A DNA stretch of 64,000 bases, from positions 777 through 64,776 of the forward strand of contig JBPOIU010000020.1 of assembly GCA_052034255.1 (NCBI GenBank). The letters are read 5' to 3'. Shown piece by piece: positions 56,663 to 64,000 of this stretch (the stretch's first letter is position 1; each line of letters begins with the position of its first letter). This stretch comes from Planctomycetota bacterium. GTDB taxonomy: Bacteria > Planctomycetota > B15-G4 > JADJEK01. The notes under the pieces were generated by a model. That model searched no databases. It worked only from the letters and a program-made list of their open reading frames with translations, and was not told where the DNA came from. The translations under genes were made by a program, and so were the position numbers.

Positions 56663-59113
56663 TCAATACGTGATGCGCACGTGCTCGACGTTCGACAGGT
56701 TCGCCTTCGTGCCGCTCGACACGATGGCTTGGAATGCGACGTCGAACGGCGCCGGCAAGTTCGGCGGCAGCGGCAGCGCGAGGCTGCTCGGCGCGCTGGC
56801 CCACGGCAACACCAAGATCGGCAGTCCCGTCTGGATGAACAGCGTGCCGTAGTCGCCGAGTTCGGCCTGGCCGTCGAAGCCGATGACGAGCAGCGTCGCG
56901 AGTGCCGGCGTCCCGGTCACGTCGAACGTCAGCGTGCCGCCCGAACCCGCGAAGCCGGTGATCTGCAATCCGACGTTCGTGAACTCGAATGCGCCCATGT
57001 CGAGCCGGCGCACGCCATCGAGATTGCCGTCGGTGAAGCGCGGTGCTCCACCGGCGTCGGCGCCCGTGGCGCTCGCGCTCGGCGTCGCGGTCTCGACGCA
57101 CGGCGAACTCGCGAGCAGGCGCAGATCGCCGCTCGTGGCCGCGACGAATTGCGGGTTCCCGCCGATGTTGCCGTTCGAGCCTTGGAACTGCGCACTACGC
57201 GAGGAATGGACGCGCGCCGCGCTCAACCCGACCGTCTCGGCGCCGGCCGTGCCGAACACGATCGAGTCGAGGACGTCGCCGGTCCAGCCCGTGGCGACGA
57301 TGCCGGCGCCGTTGCCGCCGTGGACGGTCGCGTTGCGCACCGTGAACGAACCGCCCGACAAGCGCAGTCCGGCGTCGTTGCAGCGATCAGCGACGAAGTC
57401 GCGCGCGTCGCCGGACAGCGCCGACACGCGAATCCCGTCGTGCGCGCCGAAGTCGGCGCGGACGCCGCGCGCTGAAACCGCACTCGAGTCGAGGTTGACG
57501 CACGGCGTGAAGCCGACACCGGCGTAGCGCACGCGCAGCCCGGCGATCGAGCCGCTGCTGCCCGCGGCGTACGACACACCGCTCCACGTGTCCGTCAGGC
57601 CGACCGTGGGACCGTCGCCGTTCGTGTCGCCGCCGAACTCGTCGTCCTTCAGTGTCGTGAACACGACCGGCTCCGATCCGTCCGCGACGACGTGCATCGT
57701 GCCGGACACCGCGGTCGAGCCGTGGCCTTCCCATTTGAAGATCGCGCCGCGCTCCAGCGTCAGCGTCTGGCCCACGGGAACCGTCAGCGTCGTCGCCATC
57801 ACGATGCCGCCGTTCACGACGTTGCGCTTCGAGATCGTGGTCGGCTGCGTGACCACGCCGTTCGTCACGCGCAAGAACTGGCCGGGCTGCGTGCCGAGCG
57901 CCACGCAATCGACGAACGCCGAGACCGCGGTGATCGGCAGGTTGTTGACCGCCGTGTTGAAGTTGTCCTGGAACGCGCAGCGCAGGAACGTCGGCGACGC
58001 CGGCTGTCCGTTGAAATCGATCGCGGAGTGCTGGCCATCGCGCAGCAAACAGTCCGTGACCGTGATGTCGGCGCCGAACAGTTCGAGCGCCGCCGTGAAT
58101 CCGACGCCGGTGTACCGCACGACCGTGTTGCGCAGCGTGCTCGCACTCGCGGTCGACTGGAACGCGAGTCCGCTCCACGTGTCGGTCGCGCCGACCGACG
58201 GGCCGTCGTTGTTCGTGTCGCCGCCGTATTCGTCGTCCGGCAAGTACGTGAACACCACGGGGTCGTTCTGCTCGCCGTCGGTGATCAGCGTGCCGCTGAT
58301 CGCGAATTGGACACCGAACGTGACCTTGACGACGACACCCTCCTGCAGCGTCAGCGTGGCGCCGCTCGGCACGCTGAACGTCGACGGGAACACGAGCGCG
58401 TCGTTCAACAGGTCGTCGGTCGTGATCTCGATCGCACCGGTCATCGTCGAGGCGCCGACGCGCACGTAGTTGCCGACGCCGGTCCCCGTCGCCGTGTTGC
58501 CGGAGAACTGGGGCAGCGCGTCGAGCGTGACGCCGGTGATGCTCGGCTGACTGCCGGAGTTCGTCAGCGTGCAGGACGTCACGATCGGCAGCGCGCCGTT
58601 GTTCAGCCGCAGCAGGCCGTGCTTCCCGTCGCGCAACACGCTGCGCGTGAGGGTCAAGTTCGACTGGTCGATGTCGATCGCGGGAGCGAAGCCGACGCCG
58701 CAGAAGCGCACGTCGACGCGATCGAGCACGCTCGCGTCGGACGCCGGTCCGAAGCCGAGGCCGCTCCATTGATCGGGCTGGCCGAGCGACGGTCCATTGC
58801 CGTTCGTGTCGCCGCCGGCCGAGTCGTCCTGCTGCGACGTGAACACGATGGGTTGCGCCAGCGTGCCGATCGCCGACAGCGTGCCTTGGACGTTCAACCC
58901 GCTGCCGTTGAACTTCAGGATCGCGCCGGGCTGGATCGTCAGCGTCTGGCCGACCGGAACGGTCAGTGTGCCGCTCGCGTGATAGACGCTCCCCGAGGTC
59001 AGCGGCCCACCCGAGCCGTCGAACACCGAACCGGACAATGGCACTTGCGCGCGAGCGAACGCGGACAGCGCGACGACAACGAGCGAGGCGAGAACGGGAC
59101 GGGGAGCGTGCAT
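56663..59113 (-). CDS. secreted right-handed parallel beta-helix repeat protein with the shared C-terminal domain
   Basis: Signal peptide MHAPRPVLASLVVVALSAFARA. Many imperfect 22-25-aa beta-helix coils (Gly/Asn/Thr/Val-rich; motifs such as RVRYAGVGF and CLLRDGQH repeated). C-terminus ends SNVEHVRITY. Confidence 0.7.
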   Translation of the reverse strand: MHAPRPVLASLVVVALSAFARAQVPLSGSVFDGSGGPLTSGSVYHASGTLTVPVGQTLTIQPGAILKFNGSGLNVQGTLSAIGTLAQPIVFTSQQDDSAGGDTNGNGPSLGQPDQWSGLGFGPASDASVLDRVDVRFCGVGFAPAIDIDQSNLTLTRSVLRDGKHGLLRLNNGALPIVTSCTLTNSGSQPSITGVTLDALPQFSGNTATGTGVGNYVRVGASTMTGAIEITTDDLLNDALVFPSTFSVPSGATLTLQEGVVVKVTFGVQFAISGTLITDGEQNDPVVFTYLPDDEYGGDTNNDGPSVGATDTWSGLAFQSTASASTLRNTVVRYTGVGFTAALELFGADITVTDCLLRDGQHSAIDFNGQPASPTFLRCAFQDNFNTAVNNLPITAVSAFVDCVALGTQPGQFLRVTNGVVTQPTTISKRNVVNGGIVMATTLTVPVGQTLTLERGAIFKWEGHGSTAVSGTMHVVADGSEPVVFTTLKDDEFGGDTNGDGPTVGLTDTWSGVSYAAGSSGSIAGLRVRYAGVGFTPCVNLDSSAVSARGVRADFGAHDGIRVSALSGDARDFVADRCNDAGLRLSGGSFTVRNATVHGGNGAGIVATGWTGDVLDSIVFGTAGAETVGLSAARVHSSRSAQFQGSNGNIGGNPQFVAATSGDLRLLASSPCVETATPSASATGADAGGAPRFTDGNLDGVRRLDMGAFEFTNVGLQITGFAGSGGTLTFDVTGTPALATLLVIGFDGQAELGDYGTLFIQTGLPILVLPWASAPSSLALPLPPNLPAPFDVAFQAIVSSGTKANLSNVEHVRITY

Positions 59114-59194
59114 CGGACGAACTCCTGGCGGGCATGCCTTGGCCTGGAGTTGCGCGAGCCGAGCGCGCCTGGACCACGAAATCGCGAAGGAACG

Positions 59195-59554
59195 CTATTT
59201 CGTCGCGGCCTTCGCCAGTTCGAGGTACTTGCGGTACGTGACGCGCGACAACAGCTTGTTCTGCACGACGTGGATCGCGCTCGCAACTTCTTGACGATCC
59301 ATGGGATGAAGTTCGGGCAAGTCGAAGAAGAAGCCGGCGCACTTCGCGGCCGCGGCCCAACAGTCGGCCTCGGCGGGCGTCATGCCGGCGCCCAGCACGA
59401 ACTCCCGATCGCGCTCGAGATCGGGATCGCCGGCGGCCGCGCCCTTGTCGTCGTCCGCGGTCGCGATCGGCATGAGACCGACGGCGCCGGCGGCGAGCAG
59501 CAACGCGCGACGGGTCGGGTCCATCAAGACATCGTCCATGGGTCGGTTCTCCAA
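59195..59554 (-). CDS. small Tat-signal hypothetical protein
   Basis: DPTRRALLLAAGAVGL twin-arginine signal. 115-119 aa. Immediately upstream of, and on the same strand as, the beta-helix protein. Start at 59554 or 59539. Confidence 0.45.
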   Translation of the reverse strand: MENRPMDDVLMDPTRRALLLAAGAVGLMPIATADDDKGAAAGDPDLERDREFVLGAGMTPAEADCWAAAAKCAGFFFDLPELHPMDRQEVASAIHVVQNKLLSRVTYRKYLELAKAATK

Positions 59555-59632
59555 CGGAGCGGCGGTTCGCGCGGCAGTTTATGGTGTGCCCGCGTCGCCG
59601 TGTACGCACGCCGGCCCACCCTCGGAGATGCG

Positions 59633-60322
59633 ATGACTTCCCGCCCTCGGTTGCGCGCGATGACTCCGCTGCTCGTCGTGTCCGATCTGCAGCGTTCGAT
59701 CGACTTCTACGTCGACAAGCTCGGCTTCACCGACGCGAACTCGTGGGGCGAGCCCCCGTGCTTCGCGATGATGCATCGCGACGGGCTCGACCTGATGTTG
59801 AGTCGTGCGGAGCAGCCCGAGCACGTCGCGCCGCATGGTCGATTCGGCGTCTGGGATCTGTTCCTCAGCGTCGGCGACGTCGCGGCCGAGCGCGCGGCGT
59901 TGCTCGCGGGCGGCGTGGCGATCGACAAAGGCCCGACCGACACGTTCTATGCGATGCGCGAGATCGAGATCCTCGACCCCGACGGGCACCGCGTCTGTCT
60001 GGCGCAGGACATCAGCGGCGAGGCACTCGTGAACGCCGACACGTACGCCGGCACGCTCGACCTCGGGCCGAAGCAACTGCGTCTCGTGCTGAAGGTCTCG
60101 CGCGCCGGCGACGGCTTCGTCGCGCGGCTCGACAGCCTCGATCAGAACGCGATGAACTTGCCGATCGATCGCATCACGATCGAAGGCGCGTCGATGCGGT
60201 TCGCGATGGACGCGATCGGCGCGAGCTTCGTCGGCACGCTCGACACTGGCTGCACGCGCATCGATGGCCGGTGGACGCAGCGTGGTTCGTCGTGGCCGCT
60301 GGTGTTCACGAAGACCGTGTGA
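59633..60322 (+). CDS. VOC (glyoxalase/bleomycin-resistance) family protein with C-terminal extension
   Basis: LVVSDLQRSIDFYVDKLGFT ... EIEILDPDGHRVCLAQ (VOC fold) plus about 100 extra C-terminal residues. GGAG 6 nt upstream of the ATG. Confidence 0.7.
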   Translation: MTSRPRLRAMTPLLVVSDLQRSIDFYVDKLGFTDANSWGEPPCFAMMHRDGLDLMLSRAEQPEHVAPHGRFGVWDLFLSVGDVAAERAALLAGGVAIDKGPTDTFYAMREIEILDPDGHRVCLAQDISGEALVNADTYAGTLDLGPKQLRLVLKVSRAGDGFVARLDSLDQNAMNLPIDRITIEGASMRFAMDAIGASFVGTLDTGCTRIDGRWTQRGSSWPLVFTKTV

Positions 60323-60438
60323 ACTCGAGCGGACTAGGTCGTGGCGCATGGGAACGCGGCATGCGACACTCCGCGCCCGCGTCGGGCCGCCTCCACGCGC
60401 CCGACGAGCCCCTCCCACACGACCCAGGAGTGTTCCCA

Positions 60439-62157
60439 ATGTCCGTGCTCTCCCCCGTTCGCGCCGTGTTGATCGGCGCGACGTGCGTGCTTCCGACTGC
60501 CCAGGCCCAATCCGTGCTCTTCACCGCCGCGGGCGACAGCGCCAACGACACCTTCGGTCAATGCGTCGACATCGTCGGTGACGTCAATGGCGACGGCTTC
60601 GCCGATCTGATCGCCGGCGCCTGGCGCGACGATCCCTCCGGCAAGAGCGACGCCGGCACGGTGCGCGTGATCTCCGGCAAGACCGGGCTGACGTTGTTCA
60701 CGATCCCCGGCGATCTCGCGAACGATCACATGGGATTCGGATCGAGCGGCGCCGGCGACGCGAACGGCGACGGCTTCGCCGACATCTGCGCCGCGGCGGA
60801 CGAAGCCGACGTCGGTGGCTTCGTCAACATCGGCGCGGCGAAGATCGTGTCCGGCGCGACCGGCGCGACGCTGTTCTTGATCCAAGGCGACAACGGCGCC
60901 GACCTGTTCGGTTGGTCGTCCGCGTACGCCGGTGACTGCAACGGCGATGGTCGCGGCGACACCGTGCTCGGCTCGCTGCAAGACGACACGACGGGCAAGA
61001 CGAACTGCGGTTCGGCCGCGGTCCATTCGGGCGCGAACGGCGCTCTGCTGTGGAAGGCGTTCGGCGGACTCGCGAACGACACGCTCGGCGATGCGGTCGG
61101 CGGAGTCGGCGACGTGAACGGCGACGGCTTCGACGATGTGATCGCGGGCGCGCCCAGCGCCGATCCGGCAGGCGCGAGCTCCGGTCAGGCGCTCGTCTTG
61201 TCCGGCGCGAATGGCGCCGTGTTGTTGACGATCAACGGGAACTCGGCGAGCGACGGGCTCGGCGGCTCGGTGTCGGGTGCCGGCGACGTCGACCTCGACG
61301 GCGTGCCGGACATCGTGGTCGGCATCCCGGGCGAGGACAACACCGGCGCGAACTCCGGCAACGTGCGCGTCGTGTCCGGCGCGACCGGAGCCGTGCTGTG
61401 GTCGTTCGACGGCGACTCGGCCAGCGACAACCTCGGCGTCGCGGTGCGCGGCGCGGGTGACGTCGATGGCGACGGCTACGCCGACATCGTCGCCGGAGCG
61501 AACGGTGATGACGACAATGGCGCGGCGTGCGGCGCGCTGCGCGTCTGGTCCGGCAAGACCGGCTCCGTGCTCGCGACCTTCTATGGCGACGCGGCGGGCG
61601 ACGGCCTCGGCATCTCCGTCGGCGCCGGCGGCGACGTCGATGGCGACGGCTTCGACGACGTCTGCGCCGGAGCCACCGGCGACGACGACGGCGGCGCGGC
61701 CTCCGGCACGATGCGCGCGTTCTCGTTGATCCCGACGGGAGTCGACACGTTCGGAACCGGTACCCCCGGTTGCGGCGGAACCACTCGCCTGAACGGCAAT
61801 CGCGTGCCCAACGTCGGCGCCGCCGACTTCGCATTGATCGGCGACAACGCCCCGCCCGCCACCGTGGGCTACTTGCTCGTCGGCGATGCGGCTGACGTGC
61901 CCGGTACGCTCGGATTCGGCAGCAACGCGCTCATCCACGTGGCCCTGCCGCCGCTGAGCAGCTTCTTCTTCCTCGGCAACTCGTTCGCCGACGCAAAGGG
62001 TTCGCACGTCGCACCGGTCCCGCTGCCGGCGTTGCCGCAGCTCGCGGGCTTCCAGGCGACGTTCCAAACCCTGTGGGTCTGGCCGACGCCGTGCCCCAAT
62101 CTGGGACCGTTGAACGCCAGCTCGTCGAACGGCGTCACGATCACGATTCAACCGTGA
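60439..62157 (+). CDS. secreted FG-GAP repeat (integrin-alpha-like 7-bladed propeller) protein with the shared C-terminal domain
   Basis: AGGAG RBS. Signal peptide. Seven repeats of the type GDVNGDGFADLIAGA / DxDGDGxxD. C-terminal 130 aa ending SNGVTITIQP. Confidence 0.8.
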   Translation: MSVLSPVRAVLIGATCVLPTAQAQSVLFTAAGDSANDTFGQCVDIVGDVNGDGFADLIAGAWRDDPSGKSDAGTVRVISGKTGLTLFTIPGDLANDHMGFGSSGAGDANGDGFADICAAADEADVGGFVNIGAAKIVSGATGATLFLIQGDNGADLFGWSSAYAGDCNGDGRGDTVLGSLQDDTTGKTNCGSAAVHSGANGALLWKAFGGLANDTLGDAVGGVGDVNGDGFDDVIAGAPSADPAGASSGQALVLSGANGAVLLTINGNSASDGLGGSVSGAGDVDLDGVPDIVVGIPGEDNTGANSGNVRVVSGATGAVLWSFDGDSASDNLGVAVRGAGDVDGDGYADIVAGANGDDDNGAACGALRVWSGKTGSVLATFYGDAAGDGLGISVGAGGDVDGDGFDDVCAGATGDDDGGAASGTMRAFSLIPTGVDTFGTGTPGCGGTTRLNGNRVPNVGAADFALIGDNAPPATVGYLLVGDAADVPGTLGFGSNALIHVALPPLSSFFFLGNSFADAKGSHVAPVPLPALPQLAGFQATFQTLWVWPTPCPNLGPLNASSSNGVTITIQP

Positions 62158-62262
62158 CCGGAGCCCAAGTTCCGGACGACTCCCGACCGATGAAAAAGGC
62201 GGATTGACGCGCGCGCGGAGCCGCTAGACTCCCCGGCTTCGCGCCAAGCGCCGAAACGACGC

Positions 62263-62337
62263 TCCCTGGTAGCTCAATGGTAGAGCACCCGGCTGTTAAC
62301 CGGGTTGTTGTAGGTTCGAGCCCTACCCGGGGAGCCA
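62263..62337 (+). tRNA. tRNA-Asn: tRNA-Asn (anticodon GTT), CCA encoded
   Basis: Cloverleaf folded by hand. Acceptor stem TCCCTGG/CCGGGGA with one G-U pair. Anticodon stem CCCGG/CCGGG with loop CTGTTAA, giving anticodon GTT. T-arm GTAGG-TTCGAGC-CCTAC. 3' GCCA. Confidence 0.85.
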
Positions 62338-62362
62338 ATTCAAGCCGCCACGAGCGGCATCG

Positions 62363-62396
62363 AGCCCGTCGGCCGCCGGCCGGCGGGCTCTTTTCG
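62363..62396 (+). terminator. rho-independent terminator after the tRNA
   Basis: 12-bp GC-rich stem AGCCCGTCGGCC / GGCCGGCGGGCT (one G-U pair), 3-nt loop, followed by CTTTTCG. Confidence 0.6.
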
Positions 62397-63057
62397 TGGG
62401 CGCGCACGTAAGCGGCGCAACGGGCGAGAGATGTGGCGGCTGGCTCCGAGGCACCATCGTTCAGTTTCGCTGTTCAATGCAGCGCGCCAGAGAGTCCGCC
62501 CGCAGGGCGAAAACGGCGCTCTCGGACTCTCTCCCGAGGTGCAGAGAGCGTGCACTTAACAGCCGAGCGCGCGTCAGGACTGTGCTGTTAAGCGCTTCGA
62601 TTCGAGTCCCGAGTGGTGCCAATTTCGGGTCGGGCGTTCTCCGGTGTTTACGCCGTCAAAACCATGGTTTCCGGCAACACCGGACCAAACAGGGGGTGAT
62701 GCGAAATATCGCGCTCCGCTAAACAGCCGGGCCGCCGGGAGTCCGGACGGCGCAGTCGGAGTCAGCCCATTTCTGTTGAGCGGACGGTACAAATTTCGCA
62801 GCGGTGGTGACTGGTGTCGGCCGCGGATTGGACGGAGCGACGAATCGCTGAACGGTGGTCTACGGCGCGCTGGGAGGCCGGGAATGCCGGCTTCGGCGGT
62901 CCCGCGGTCGCGGCAGAAGTCGGTGGCGAGGCCGCCGGAACGCGCAGGGACGTGGACCGTGAGGGCCGCGTGAACGGTCACGGCCGGCGACCTGAGCCCC
63001 GTAGAAGCATCCCGGAGCACGTCAGAGCCACTCTGCCGGTGACGCACGGCGGCAGGT

Positions 63058-63365
63058 TCAGCATCGTGCGTCGAGCGTTGCAATCAGCCGGGTGAGCTCG
63101 GCGGCATCGAAGCCCGGCGCGACCGCGACGCGCACGCCGGACGTGAGCGTCACGTCGAAGCTCTTCGGAGATTCCAGGGCGGCGGTTTCGCGCGTCGACG
63201 TCAGACCGACGAAACCCCGCGGTGCGTCCTGGACAGAATGCGGTGGTAGTAGGCCAGCCGCCAGATCGGCTCGCCGCTGATCTCCGACAGAGATCTGAAG
63301 CTCAGCCCCCCGCGCTCCCGTCGCTTGAGCAGGGCGAGCATGCGCTCGCGGATCGTTGTCGCCAT
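63058..63365 (-). pseudogene. IS66-family tnpA (orf1)-like gene remnant, frameshifted
   Basis: The ATG at 63365 (GGAGGA 7 nt upstream) encodes MATTIRERMLALLKRRERGGLSFRSLSEISGEPIWRLAYYH, then a stop after 56 aa. A second frame continues to ...FDVTLTSGVRVAVAPGFDAAELTRLIATLDARC, matching the conserved C-terminus of IS66 Orf1 proteins (IEIxLxGGxRVRVdxxVDxAALrRVLxAL). No tnpB or tnpC follows. Confidence 0.4.
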
Positions 63366-63527
63366 CGTCGTGTCCTCCGACGAGGAGCGTCGACGATCGG
63401 GTCAGGGGCGGGAAGGTGCGCTTGGCCGAACGCGTACGGCTCACCTGCACCCTGATGAGAACTCGGTAGTGGAAGGCGAGCCGCCAGGTCGGCTCGCCGC
63501 TGACTTCGCCGAGCGCTCTGAAGGTCG

Positions 63528-63683
63528 GTCACTCGCATTTGCGTCGCTTAAGCAGCGCGAGTATCCGCCCGCGGAACTTCGTGGCCGTCGCCGGTACCCC
63601 AGATGCGGACTCTGGGTCGGAGCTTCTGGCGGGGAACTTGTCCTCCCCGGACGCGGTCGAAATGGCCGGTTTTGAATTCGACA
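63528..63683 (-). pseudogene. tandem duplicated copy of the tnpA-like 5' region, truncated by an in-frame stop
   Basis: MSNSKPAISTASGEDKFPARSSDPESASGVPATATKFRGRILALLKRRKCE*. The 130-bp segment 63466..63594 is an imperfect direct repeat of 63244..63372. GGAGG RBS 3 nt upstream. Confidence 0.35.
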
Positions 63684-63689
63684 TACGCC

Positions 63690-63714
63690 TCCGTGTGCCA
63701 TGAACTCACACGGA
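63690..63714. promoter_or_regulatory. perfect palindrome TCCGTGTG-N9-CACACGGA immediately 5' of the duplicated HTH-like ORF (candidate operator)
   Basis: 8-bp perfect inverted repeat with 9-bp spacer. It overlaps the RBS of the minus-strand ORF at 63683. It sits at the transition to AT-richer DNA. Confidence 0.35.
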
Positions 63715-63782
63715 CTATCGTTATCGTTTTCTGGACAATCACTTGCACGCACAAGACCGCGTCTATTTACACACCGAAGATG

Positions 63783-63915
63783 TGGTTAATTGAAAGCACG
63801 GACGGACGGTTACACTTGTCTAATGCGCAGACTGCGTCGAATGCGGTTCGACGCACGACCACGCTGGTTCACAAGAACGAGTTGTGGATAATTGAAACGA
63901 ACCCCAGACGGTTAC
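63783..63915. repeat. two direct copies of a bipartite motif TGGnTAATTGAAA-N13-ACGGTTAC, about 100 bp apart, in the AT-rich window end
   Basis: 63783..63813 tggttaattgaaagcacggacggacggttac and 63885..63915 tggataattgaaacgaaccccagacggttac. Local GC is far below the window average. Confidence 0.4.
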
Positions 63916-64000
63916 CATGAGCCCGCTGAACGCGCTACTGTACATATACTTTAAGTACGCGATCTGCCGGCGGCGGCCATAGTATTGTAACACTGTTGAT

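Noticed and set aside
57692-59632. 876-aa plus-strand ORF preceding the VOC gene
   Set aside because: Antisense to the beta-helix protein and the small Tat protein. Only the last 229 codons (59633..60322) form a real VOC-family gene with an RBS.
61765-62157. Possibility that the shared C-terminal domain is a Bacteroidota-type T9SS CTD or a PEP-CTERM
   Set aside because: No terminal TM helix or basic tail, so not PEP-CTERM. Lacks the characteristic PNPa / GvY landmarks of T9SS CTDs. The gene content points to PVC rather than FCB bacteria.
62480-62530. Resemblance of AGGGCGAAAACGGCGC to the RNase P RNA CR-II (AGGGUGAAAnGGUGCGG)
   Set aside because: Only a short partial match. No CR-I (GGAAAGUCCGG) or CR-IV (ACAGAAnCCGGCUUA) elements nearby. 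Region too short for RNase P RNA.
1-64000. CRISPR arrays, rRNA genes, phage structural genes
   Set aside because: No regularly spaced short direct repeats, no rRNA-like conserved stretches, and no capsid/terminase/tail-like proteins were seen.

Overview
High-GC (about 70%) bacterial chromosomal segment, densely coded, with frequent 4-nt ATGA/GTGA start-stop overlaps between adjacent genes. The gene content points to the PVC superphylum (Planctomycetota/Verrucomicrobiota-like). Three features support this: a DUF1501 plus PSCyt/DUF1549/DUF1553 gene pair, a ThuA/sorbosone-dehydrogenase/PKD/cytochrome-c lipoprotein, and PEP-CTERM/exosortase genes.

Recognisable content:
- a three-gene exosortase module: PEP-CTERM VIT/vWA cargo, exosortase, EpsI-like lipoprotein;
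- a complete seven-gene MoxR/DUF58/Bat (vWA/TPR/BatD) operon;
- an RND efflux pair (membrane fusion protein plus permease), an ABC ATPase plus membrane partner, an MFS transporter and a GT2 glycosyltransferase;
- a DEAD-box helicase, RlmI, a fatty-acid desaturase, a cytidylyltransferase, an S9 peptidase, a GMC oxidoreductase and a GNAT acetyltransferase;
- a tRNA-Asn(GTT) followed by a terminator, a decayed IS66-like tnpA remnant with a tandem duplication, and an AT-rich tail with direct repeats, which looks like an integration hotspot or island edge.

Three observations are the most interesting:
1. Five otherwise unrelated secreted beta-propeller/beta-helix proteins share a conserved C-terminal domain of about 100 aa that is not a PEP-CTERM. 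It may be an undescribed sorting or anchoring tag.
2. An ECF sigma factor is fused in one polypeptide to a transmembrane helix and five periplasmic CarboxypepD_reg-like repeats.
3. The DEAD-box helicase's Q-motif lies upstream of any canonical start codon.

The supplied ORF track is dominated by antisense, Arg-rich shadow ORFs, which were rejected.
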